Shown here: piece after piece, positions 42,261 through 52,251 of the stretch | How the letters are laid out: each line of letters begins with the position of its first letter | How positions within the stretch are numbered: the stretch's first letter is position 1 | Source of the DNA: Rebecca billardiae RCC1528 | Taxonomy: Eukaryota; Protista; Haptophyta | Assembly (NCBI GenBank): GCA_965240325.2 | Contig: OZ251229.1 | Coordinates: forward strand, 1,116,001 to 1,180,000 | Length of the DNA stretch: 64,000 bases | Direction: 5' to 3' | The notes under the pieces: generated by a model | What the model was told of the DNA's origin: nothing | Seen by the model: the letters and a program-made list of their open reading frames with translations, nothing else | Database searches by the model: none | Translations under genes and position numbers: made by a program

Positions 42261-42317
<57 letters not shown>

Positions 42318-42320
42318 ACT

Positions 42321-42396
<76 letters not shown>
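42261..42396. repeat. (GT)n microsatellite, interrupted once
   Basis: Long GT run with a short CACTCA interruption. Confidence 0.98.
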
Positions 42397-42398
<2 letters not shown>

Positions 42399-43641
42399 TA
42401 GTAGGCGGAGGAGTCCGCCAACGCGCGGCCAACGGGGCCACTCAGAGTCAGACCGTTATTGAGTCATATATCGTCATTGGCAGCATCATTGCGTAATATA
42501 AGTTATTGACCGATGACAACTCCGATCGATTATGATCGAGTGCGGCGGATTTCAGAGCTATACTAATAGTTGTATAACCGACACCGCGATCGCCGACAGG
42601 CGCAGGCGACAATGCCACACATCTGGCAGGGCACGACCGCCTGTGAGTGTGATTATCCGACGTCGGTAGCGGCAGCTGCTGACAAGCGAAAGCCGCCGCG
42701 CCCGTGGCTTTCCCGCCGAAGCCAGTGTCGTGCCGTCTTCTCGGATGAGATTATGAGTCGATCAGGACTTCCCGGAACGGGAACCGGGCAAATGATGACG
42801 ATGGGCATACCGTCGTCATCATGGCCCGCGGTGCAGGGCGGAGCGCGCAGCGTGGAGCCCGCACCAGCGGGCCCGAACCACGTTTCAAAAAGATCTTTGA
42901 TCAAAGAAAAAAGGGACGGGGGACGATTTTCAGGGCTGGAGGAGACCGAGTTTCGAATTTTTGAGACTCCCTTACAGGTGCATCCTCGTCGAAAAAGGGC
43001 GCGCCCGCCGTCTTGAATAGTGAACAGAGGAATCAACGAAACCCACGCCCAAGTGTGCGAGGGTGAGTAATTACGGGCGGACTCAGTCGTTCATGTGTGA
43101 CCATAGTAAATAAATATGGGCCTCGCCGCCGCAAGAACGACTCTCACCAACTCCAATACTGCGAGACATTGAAAAATACCCGCAGCTATTCGTCGCCAGC
43201 CCATTTCATAGTCACTGATCGACGCACCGAGCTGGCGAGCCTCAAATTTGCCGTCGTCGCAAGGCAGCAGCGGTTTGAGCCCGCGTTTCGGAGTTGGCGA
43301 GGGCGCCGCGCGACTCTCGCCTCCAAGCAAGGGCGGGCGATGGGCAGGTGCGCGCGGCCAGTGGCGCCTGGAGCGCGCGTCTGCGGCGGGTCCCGACGGC
43401 CGTCGACATCGTGTTCGTGCCCCGCTCACTAGTCACTCCGCGCGCCCCTGCCGCCCTGTCGATGCCTGCGCGGCCGCGGGGCCGCGCGTCAGCGCAGCCG
43501 CCGCCCTTTGTTCAGGCTCTCGCAAGCTCGGGGGCAGCGGCGCCTGACTGATGCCGGACTGATCGATCTCTGAGTCTCCGACTTCACCACACGCCCCCCT
43601 TGTCATGCCTCTCCGCCAGGGTCTCCCAGAACTCTTCTTCA

Positions 43642-43903
43642 GAGCAGGCGCGCCAACCCGAATCCATCGATCTGTTCCGTGCCGGCACTCTCGGCCCGCG
43701 CCGGCAAGTCTGTCTGCAGCGCTGGACGGGCGGACCTAGGAGGACGAGCTGCGGCGCGGACGACGGTGGTGCGGAGCAGGCGCGCCAACCCGAATCCATC
43801 GATCTGTTCCGTGCCGGCACTCTCGGCCCGCGCCGGCAAGTCTGTCTGCAGCGCTGGACGGGCGGACCTAGGAGGACGAGCTGCGGCGCGGACGACGGTG
43901 GTG
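43642..43903. repeat. 132-bp tandem duplication
   Basis: GAGCAGGCGCGCCAACCCGAATCC starts at both 43642 and 43774. Confidence 0.95.
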
Positions 43904-46875
43904 CGCGACGTCCCCAGAGCTGGCCGTGCCTCTGCGACGCGTGCCGAGCCTGACCGAGGTGTGTCTGTAACCCCGTGACCCCGTGCAGTGCAACCGCGGC
44001 GTGCGGAGTGAATAACAATCACCGGTGCCCTCGCACCTCGGCACACACAGTGCTCCCTCTGGCTGTCTGCTCCGCGTGGCCTGGCGTGCACGTAGATAGA
44101 GTTGCGCTCATGCGTCGATCACGCCTCGCGCCCGCCTGTCGGCCGTCGCGCAGGCGCTGGTCGAACCCTACTCGGACCAGTGCAAATCATCTACTCCTGG
44201 CGCTGCCCGGCGGCGCGCGGTGACGACAGACAGCGCGGTCAGCAGCAGCGGCCCGAACGAATCCGCGGCCCCGCACCGTGTTCCCTGGCTGTCAGCTCCA
44301 CGTGGCCTGGCGTGCACGTGGAGTCGCGCTCATGCGTCGATCACGCCTCGTCGCATCCGCCTGTACACAACCCGGGCGCCGGCGCCGGCGGCTGCGATGG
44401 GCCCGCGCCCGGCGCCGGCACCGCCGGGGCGCAGCGGCGCGCCGCTGGAGTCTAGTTGTACGGGCATGCAACTGGTCTGTCAATAGACGACTGCGACGGA
44501 GGGTGCACCGCCACCGCGGGCCCCGAACTACGTTCGTTCTACGGAAAAGGACCGCGGAACGCGGTCATATCACGGACGGCATCGCGACTAGTCAAATAGT
44601 AGTACGACTACCCGGCGGCGTATATAATCGCGATTCTGCTATATATAATTTATGGCCCGCGGTGCAGGGCGGAGCAGCGCAGCGTGGAGCCCGCACCAGC
44701 GGGCCGGAACCACGTTTCAAAAAGATCTTTGATCAAGAAAAAGGGACGCGGGGGCCGATTTTTAGGGCTGGCGGAGACCGAGTTTCGAATTTTGAGACCC
44801 TCTCTACAGATGCATCACGGAGAAAAAAACCGCGTCCACGACATTCCCCTAATCAATCGTGGACGGCCGGGCGTGAGAGTTCACTTCTGTGTGAAGTAGG
44901 ACGGTTACAAGTCCAATACAAGCGTCAGCTTCTCCTAAATTCCCCTTTATAACGGGCTCCGGGTGATCAGACTGGCGGCCGAAGCCTCCAGCCCTACCCT
45001 GGCCAGCCCCCAACCAACCACCACTTCTTTGAGGCTATTTTTGCACGTCCTTACGGGATCAGTGAAGTAACCAACCGATATATATTGGCTTCGTCGGGGT
45101 CGTATTCACTACTGGAGTATATTGGGTAATTGTGGGTACTCTCGTTCAGTCTATCATATCAGTACATTGGCTCGCTAACGGTGTTGGGGGCATAAGGTCA
45201 TTTTGGGTAATTGTGGGTATTATCATACCCAGTTGGGGGCCAGGGGGCGCGCGGCACGCGCTCGCTCCAAAACGGGGCGAGCCCTCAGTCGCCCTCGATC
45301 GACCGCCATCGGTGTGGACGACCGCGCGGAGCGCGCGCCGCGCGCGCGCCGCCCGCGCGGCCGCGGGCGCCTCCCGCGCGGGTGGCGCACGCACGCCCGC
45401 GCGCCCGCCCGCGCGCGCGGCCGCGTTTGCGGGCGCGCGCGGATTTTCGAAGGCTTCTGTCTGTCGGGCGTTGCGTCCGACTCGTGCGCCATGTCGTGCC
45501 ATGTCGTGGCGTGCGCATGTGCGCACTCTCGGTGGGGTGGTGCGCGGGCGGCGGCGCTCTCCTGAATTCTACCCCGCGCCCGTTTCGCTGTGCGTGCGCG
45601 CTGCGTCGCGCAGGCACGCGAGAGTACCTGCGGCTCCCGCGCGGCCGACGTGGACGGTTGCCCCGGCGCGCCGCTCCAGCACGCGCTCGCGTGTCTGCGT
45701 GGACTGGGTTATAGCGCGCGTGCCGCGCCTTCTTTTCTCGGTGCAGGCGCGCTGGCTGCAGGCCTTGGCCATCGACTACGCGGCGCGCACCCTAGCACTC
45801 CCTAGCAGCCAGCCGCGACGAGTCCGAGTCTGCGCGCGCAGATGGGCGGCGGCGCGCAGGCCGTGCGCGCGCAGATACACGAGCACGTGCGCGTGAAGGC
45901 GCTGGGCGCCGAGCTGGCAAAGCGCGACGCCGAGCTCGACGCGTGCGCGCAGAGGCGCTGGGCGCCGAGCTGGCGAAGCGAGACGCCGAGCTCGACGCGC
46001 TGCGTCACGCGGCACGGATGCGCTGGGCGCGCGCGCTGCCCTTGTCCACGCCCTGCAGCAGCTCGAGCAGGTGTGGACGGCCCTCGAAGCTACGGTGGGC
46101 GAGCGCGCGCCGCTCAGCCTGCCGCTGGCCGCCGCCATCCTCGAGGCCGACGCGGCGGAGCAGGCGGCGGGCGAGCACGGCGGCGCGGTGCGGAGCAGGG
46201 CACGCGTGCGCCTGGCGGCGGGCGCGACACGCCACTCGCTTCGTCCCACCCCGAGCTCCGCTCGGTCTGCGCGTGGCTGCGCAGCGTGGGCGGGCAGCAG
46301 TGGCGCGCGCTCTCGCTATGCCGGCCCGAGGCGCGCCGGCTGAGCGACCAGCGGCCCTTCGTCGAGCGCATGGCGCAGCGCGAGCACCTCTAGCAGGTGC
46401 GCGCGCGCGCGCGCACGCGCCGGCCCGCGCCGCGCGGCGCCTCTCGCCCTGCACGCGCGCCGCCCCGCTTCCCCGCGCGGCCCGTCCGCGCCTCTCGCCC
46501 TGCGCGCGCGCCGCCCCGCTTCCCCGCGCGGCCCGTCCGCTGGTGTCCCGTGCCACCCTTGGCCGTCGGCGCGCCCATTCACGCGCCGCGAGTCCGACGG
46601 ACGGGTCTGACTCTCACTCACTCTCCGAGACGGTGCGCGGCTCGGCCTGTCTGACTGCCAGGCAGACGCCAGACCGTGCGGATTGACGACGTCACGGTCT
46701 CATTCTCAACCACTGCGCCGCGGGCCCCCAACTGCGTTGGTTCTACGGAAAAGGACCGCGGAACGCGGTCATTTATTAGCAGCAGTATAGTTATATTATC
46801 ATACATCAGTAGAGGTTCAGTCACTGTGATCACACTCGGCTGTCAACTCACTGGTCACTTCAAGCGTCAGTCGCC

Positions 46876-48079
46876 TCAGGCGGGCAACCTGACTTCAGCG
46901 AAGGTGCCATCATCCCTGGGCCTGGTATGCTTCATCGGCGCCGACAGCTCCGCGCGCGTGCTCGCCTGGGGCTTGGCAAACACGAACCGCAGAAACTGGC
47001 CGTTGCCCCTCGGCGGGAACTGAGTAATGGGGAACTCTTTCGTGGGGCAGGGGGTGCCACCCGCCCCCCGCCCGGCGCAGCTCCTGCCCGCGAGCTGCAT
47101 GTCCACCAGCCGGAATCCGGCTGCGCTCATGTACGCCAGCGCGCTCTGCGGCGTGAACAGGTTGACGTGGTAGTTGGCGGTCGTCCGGCGTTGCGTGCCC
47201 TGCCAGCGGACGTACGCGTCAATGTTGTTGGGCACCTCGCTGAACACGTGGCCGCCGGGGCGCATGCGCGCGTACAGCTCGCGCAGGAAGGTGCAGAGGT
47301 CCGCGACATGCTCCAGGACGTGCGAGCTGACGAACAGGTCGATGCCCTCGCGGAGGTGCTCGCTCGAGGCGTTGTACATGCTCCTCACCACGTGCGCGCT
47401 GTGCGGGTGCGTGGCCGCAAGGCGCTTGGCCGCCACGGGCGCGTGCGTGGCGCTTGGCTCGAAGCAGACCAGATTGCGGTCTGGTGCGCTCAGTTGTGCG
47501 AGCAGCTGGCCAAAGCTGCAGCCCGCCTCGGCGACCACCGCGCCGCGCCGCAGGCTTGGCACCAGAGCGCGCACGTACTCGGCCTGCGAGCGCGCGCGCG
47601 TCTCTGCCAAGCGCGCGTCCGCCTGCCCGCTGTAGTGCGCGTAGAGCACGCCCAGCTCCGCGGGCTGCAGCCCAGGGTGCGTGAAGTACGTATCCGCGTG
47701 CGGGCCGGTGCCACACGTAGCGCGGCGCCACGCCCCAGCTGCCGTTGATGTCCCAGTGCCGGGTGACGCGCTGAGAGCGCGGGTCCAGGCATGCGCCCGC
47801 GCCCGGCACAGAGCCGCGCAGGCACCACGGGCAGCGCACGCAGGCGTGAGAGGCGTCCACGCCCCCTCCCATCGCCGCGCCCGCGCGGCGTCTGACCCGC
47901 CCAGTCGACTCGAGCTGCTGCGACTGATCCGCGCCGACGCACAGCACGAGCAGGAGGGGAATAGTCGCGGCGACAGGACGCGTCGTCCGCCGCTGAAGGA
48001 GGCTCGGTCGGCACGGTCTGCCGCCGTCACTGCGCCGTGACCCGCGGGCGGGCGGCGCTGGTCGACTGGGCGACCGCAT
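46876..48079 (-). CDS. Class I SAM-dependent methyltransferase (Methyltransf_23-like), apparent frameshift near 47700
   Basis: VAEAGCSFG, CFEPS, SSHVLEHVAD, RPGGHVFSEVPN and HVNLFT. The ATG and hydrophobic anchor (IPLLLVLCVGA) lie in a different frame. Confidence 0.75.
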
Positions 48080-48795
48080 CGTTCGTCTGAGAGTGAGCAG
48101 CAGATTTTTACTCACTCACTCACTCACTCATTTTTCATCAGCCTCACAATCATCACCGACTTCACCGTCAGGCACAGTGTTGGGCTTGTATGCAGGCAAA
48201 TAAGGACGGACCATCAAATACCCGCAGGTGCATCTAATCTCCCGTAACGGTCGAGCACCTCTCGCTGTGCGAGGGGTGCAGAGCGACCCGCAGGCCGTTA
48301 CAGGGCCATTAGAAGGCGGTGTCTTGTATGCTGTCATTATTGGCATGGCATACCCCCGCCCCCTCTGGAGGCGGGCTGTCCACAGTGGAGTGGTGTCAGG
48401 CACTAGGTGTCTCGGTCAGTGTTTGGAGGTTGGGTGGGACCGTGGTGGTACTACTGGTCGGTTGGGGGCTGGCCGCAGGGTAGGGCTGGAGGCTCCGGCC
48501 GCCAGTTCGATCACTACCCGGAGCCCGTTATGAAGGGACGAAATTAATTATTATTAGGCTGCGTCGTTGTCTGCCTGGAGGGAAGTGCTGCGCGCGCGCG
48601 CCAATATTTGCTTTAATTAACCCGCTTGGTGCGCGCTGCACCGGGTCAGTGGTATGGTTCGGCCCGCGCGCCGAGCCGCGAGCAGAGACCAGGCCAGTCA
48701 CCCTTAATCCTCATATTGAGTTACTAACAGTTTACTAACTATGCTGGGGCCGCTGACCGAGGCTGCTGACTATCGCGGATAAATAATATAATAAT

Positions 48796-48798
<3 letters not shown>

Positions 48799-48833
<35 letters not shown>
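48799..48833. repeat. (TA)n microsatellite
   Basis: TA run. Confidence 0.95.
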
Positions 48834-48835
<2 letters not shown>

Positions 48836-48939
48836 TATATTATCCAGCATGCATCATCATCCGCGTCGGGCGCGGCAGACGGCGGTGGAGGCTACTAACG
48901 CGTAGTACTGGCTAGTAGGACTTCGCCGACGCAGGCGCA

Positions 48940-51027
48940 TCATGCAGTCTCGCTACTATGGCGACTGTCGGCGACAGCAGCCTCCGCCGGCACATCAGCC
49001 GGTGGCGCCGCCGCGCTGGGACCGGGCGGCAGTGTCTGTGTCGGTGAGTCGGGCAGCGCGTTCAGAGGCGGCGGCGCGGGCGCGCACTTGTCGTCCGACG
49101 CGCGCCGCTGCGTGAGCGTCGTGGCTGCCGGCGTGGCGGCGTGGCGTGGCGAGCGGATCGCGCCACCGCCGCACGCGATCGCCACGTGTGCTGGGCCGGG
49201 CGCACCATCCGCCGTGAGCGCGCCGCCCGCTCGCGGCTCGCCATCGCGCGCATCCTCGGCGCCACCGGCGCGGGCGGGGGCGCTCCCCCGCGGCGCGCCG
49301 CCCGCCTGCTCAGACACGCGCTCCAGCTCTGTCACCGCGTACGGCGCATCGCGCGCCTTGGCGCCCGCGCGCGCGCGCGCGCGCCTGCGCGCGTGCTGCC
49401 AGCACAGCGCCATCGGCACGCACGCCATCGGCCCGACGCTCAGCAGCCAGCCGAAGCCGAGGAACCAGCCCGGGAAGCCGCCGTACGGCCGCGCGATCTC
49501 CGAGTAGCACTGCAGCGCGAAGAGCACGGTGAGCAGCGCGGGCAGGAACCAGCACCACGTGAGCTCGAGCCAGCGCGCGCCCGGGAGCTCGCCGTTGGCC
49601 GCGCCCAGCTCGTCGAGCAGCCGGCGCGCGCCGTACACGCGCGAGACGAGCAGGCACTCGCCGAGGGCGGTGACGACCGTGAGGAACATGGGGAGGAAGT
49701 GGTTCGCCAGGTCGATCCAGTACTCGCCGGCGTGGCTGACGTACGGCAGCCCCGTGAGGAAGCCGGCGGCGTGCAGCGCGGCGGGCAGCACGGCGCGCGC
49801 GCGCTCGCTCGCCAGCCACGGCAGCCGGCTGCGCCGCGCCTCCTCCACGAGCGCGACCGTGAGCGGAGACGTCATCGACGCGGCCGAGCTCACGCCGAGG
49901 TTGAGGAGCATCACGAAGAAGGCGGCGGCCCAGAAGCGCGGCGCGGGCATGAGCGAGACGGCGGTGGGGAACACCTCGAACGCGAGCGACGAGCCGCCCT
50001 CCGCCACCTCGCCCACGCGCACGCCGTCCACGCGCGCCATGTGCCCGAGGAAGGCGAACACGACGAGCGCGGCCAGCAGCGAGAAGGCCGAGTTGCCGAG
50101 GCACACGGCCGCCGCGCTCGAGAGCGTGCGCGTGCCGCGCGGCGTGTACGAGGCGTACGTGGTGAGCGTGCCCAGCCCCGCGCTCACGCCGAAGAAGATC
50201 TGCGAGACCGCCATCATCCAGATCTCGGGCCGGGCGCCGAGCACCGCCCAGTCGGGCGTGAGCAGCGCGCGCACGCCGTCGAGCGCGCCGTCGAGCGTGA
50301 GCCCGCGCACGAGGAGCGCGAGCAGCACGAGGAAGGGCGCGGGCATGAGCAGCTGCACCAGCCAGCCGAGCGAGCGCGCGCCGCCCTGCACCCCCGCGTA
50401 CACCAGCGCCCACACGAACGCGTACGCCAGCGCGAGCCGGCCGACCACGCCGTCCGGCCGCTCGACCGAGCCCGACGACTCGAGCACGAGCCGGAAGTAC
50501 TCGGCGGCGCGGCCGTCGCTCCAGGGCTGCGGGGTGCGGAAGGACGCGAGGAGGTAGACGACGCAGTACGCGAGCAGCGCGTTGTACATCTGCGAGACGA
50601 GGAACGTGCCGATCACCGCCGCCCAGCCGAACCCGACCGCCTGCGGCATGATCCGCTTGCACATCTTGACGTGCCCGAGCTGCAGCGTCTGACCGAGCCC
50701 GAACTCGAGCACGACGATCGGGATCGCGGTGAAGAAGAGGGCGAGGACGTACGGCACGAGGAACGCGCCGCCGCCGTACTCGAAGGCGAGCAGCGGGAAC
50801 CGCCAGATGTTGCCGAAGCCGATCGCGCTGCCGATCGAGGCGAGCACAAAGACGAACGGGGACGACCAGCGCTCCCGCTCGGCCTCGGCGGGCGGCGCGG
50901 CGGCCGGGTGCGGCGGCGGGCCGGCGTCCGAGCCGACGGCAGGAGGATCGTCCTGCAGCCGCGCCGGGCGGTGCTGCCGCCGGCCGGACGCGGCGGACGC
51001 CGCGCTGCGCTGGCTGGCGTCCCCCAT
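48940..51027 (-). CDS. SLC6/NSS sodium:neurotransmitter symporter family transporter
   Basis: RERWSS..FVLASIGSAIGFGNIWRFP..GGGAFLVPY, QIFFGVSAGLG..YASY and about 12 TM segments. Intronless. Confidence 0.95.
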   Translation of the reverse strand: MGDASQRSAASAASGRRQHRPARLQDDPPAVGSDAGPPPHPAAAPPAEAERERWSSPFVFVLASIGSAIGFGNIWRFPLLAFEYGGGAFLVPYVLALFFTAIPIVVLEFGLGQTLQLGHVKMCKRIMPQAVGFGWAAVIGTFLVSQMYNALLAYCVVYLLASFRTPQPWSDGRAAEYFRLVLESSGSVERPDGVVGRLALAYAFVWALVYAGVQGGARSLGWLVQLLMPAPFLVLLALLVRGLTLDGALDGVRALLTPDWAVLGARPEIWMMAVSQIFFGVSAGLGTLTTYASYTPRGTRTLSSAAAVCLGNSAFSLLAALVVFAFLGHMARVDGVRVGEVAEGGSSLAFEVFPTAVSLMPAPRFWAAAFFVMLLNLGVSSAASMTSPLTVALVEEARRSRLPWLASERARAVLPAALHAAGFLTGLPYVSHAGEYWIDLANHFLPMFLTVVTALGECLLVSRVYGARRLLDELGAANGELPGARWLELTWCWFLPALLTVLFALQCYSEIARPYGGFPGWFLGFGWLLSVGPMACVPMALCWQHARRRARARAGAKARDAPYAVTELERVSEQAGGAPRGSAPARAGGAEDARDGEPRAGGALTADGAPGPAHVAIACGGGAIRSPRHAATPAATTLTQRRASDDKCAPAPPPLNALPDSPTQTLPPGPSAAAPPADVPAEAAVADSRHSSETA

Positions 51028-51066
51028 CGTTTTGTCTGGCCGTTGAGCTGTGTGCGTCTCTTAAGG

Positions 51067-51719
51067 CATGACTGCAGCTCCACACCAGCAAAATGACGCT
51101 TCGCGCGCACCCGGCGCGCCGACACAGCCTGCCCGGGAGAAGCCCGCCGGGGCTGACCTTGGGCAACAGCCATACATGCAGGCCAGCATGCGCGGCGGGG
51201 TGGCATCAGTGCCGGCCCCGGCCCGCAAACGCATACAGCCGGACGCCCCGGCCCACGCAGCTGATGCGCCAGCAAACCCTGCTCCGGGCAACAGAACCCT
51301 GCCGCCGGCTTTGAGGCCGACACGCCACACTGGGGCACATATCACCTGAGGGCCAGGCCTTCTGAGTGATAAGCTACCCCAGTCATGCCGCTTGATACAC
51401 GCCTTCCCCAACCGACAGTGGGGCTCTACATTCCCTACTACATCCTCATCCTGTCGGCGCGCTGTCGCATCGGCGCCCAGTCGGCGAGTTCGGACGACGA
51501 CGTTTTTGTGGACGACGGTGGGGCGAGGACGACGGGCGCTGGCGCGCCGCGAGGCGGCCGCAGCCCTCGTCCAGGCCTCGCAGGCGGACGGCTGAACGAA
51601 TTTTTCCGGCGGCGCTACCATCGGCGACGGCTTCATGGGCGGTGACAGTTGGCGGGCGTCAATCTCGCCTGTCTGAGCTGTGTGCGTCTCTTATTCTTAG
51701 TAAACTGTAGTAAACTGTA
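51067..51719 (+). mobile_element. 5'-truncated copy of the LINE
   Basis: Near-identical to 34057-34698 with scattered substitutions. It ends with an extra TAGTAAACTG unit. Confidence 0.95.
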
Positions 51720-52251
51720 CGGTCCGGCGCCAACGGCAACGGTGAGTGATTCACAGATTCACTATACTGACGACCGGTAGTTTAGTCTTAGTAACGCGAG
51801 TCGTCCGTAGTAGTAAGTTGTGGTCAACAGCTTAAGCTAGGCCACACAATACAGTCTCCTGTCGCCATACATCTGTGACCATACTTGTTCCTAAGCCACC
51901 AGTCGCCGGGCGTCAATGCCCAGTCGTCGGTCGTGCTGACGCCATCTGCGAGCAAAGGCGCCGCCGCGTCGCGGACGCCCGGCCGTACGGGCGTAGCCCG
52001 CAGGCGCCTAACGCGCGTAGCCGTAGGCGTAGAGGGGTCGTTGCCGCCGTCTGCTGGCACTGGCGACTCTGCGTCGACGCGCCCGCTGGCCATGCACAAC
52101 AGCGTGCGCGCGCCGGACCAGACTCGTGCCTCGCGTGCGCGCGCGGCACGGGCTCGTCACACGGCGCCACACGCCGTGGCAGCGCGGCGCCACCGCCGCC
52201 GCGCGCGGTCAGTCTGGCAGCGTGCGCGTTGTGGTCGCCGCGGCCGCTCGC

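Larger units (their letters stand above)
39562..44568. mobile_element. Foldback-like structure: ~1.3-1.4 kb diverged inverted repeats (39562-~40897 and ~43160-44568)
   Basis: Reverse-complement matches along the arms, e.g. ATGACCGCGTTCCGCGGTCCTTTTCCG vs CGGAAAAGGACCGCGGAACGCGGTCAT and GAAGTCGGAGACTCAGAGATCGATCAGTCCGGCATCAG vs CTGATGCCGGACTGATCGATCTCTGAGTCTCCGACTTC. No transposase ORF was recognised. Confidence 0.75.

Noticed and set aside
42208-42496. Cys/Val-repeat ORFs
   Set aside because: They are translations of the (GT)n microsatellite.
45842-46393. Possible HMG-box-like or coiled-coil gene fragment (HPEL..QQWRALS..PFVE)
   Set aside because: The similarity is weak, the sequence is broken across frames with a local duplication, and no coherent gene model emerges.
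48940-51027. SLC6 transporter or the 47-kb methyltransferase as members of the thiohistidine pathway
   Set aside because: They lie about 30 kb away beyond unrelated genes, and their substrates cannot be inferred from sequence.
51044-51063. 20-mer as a conventional target-site duplication or spliced leader
   Set aside because: It is also internal to the 3' end of the full-length element, is absent at that element's 5' flank, and was not seen upstream of other genes.
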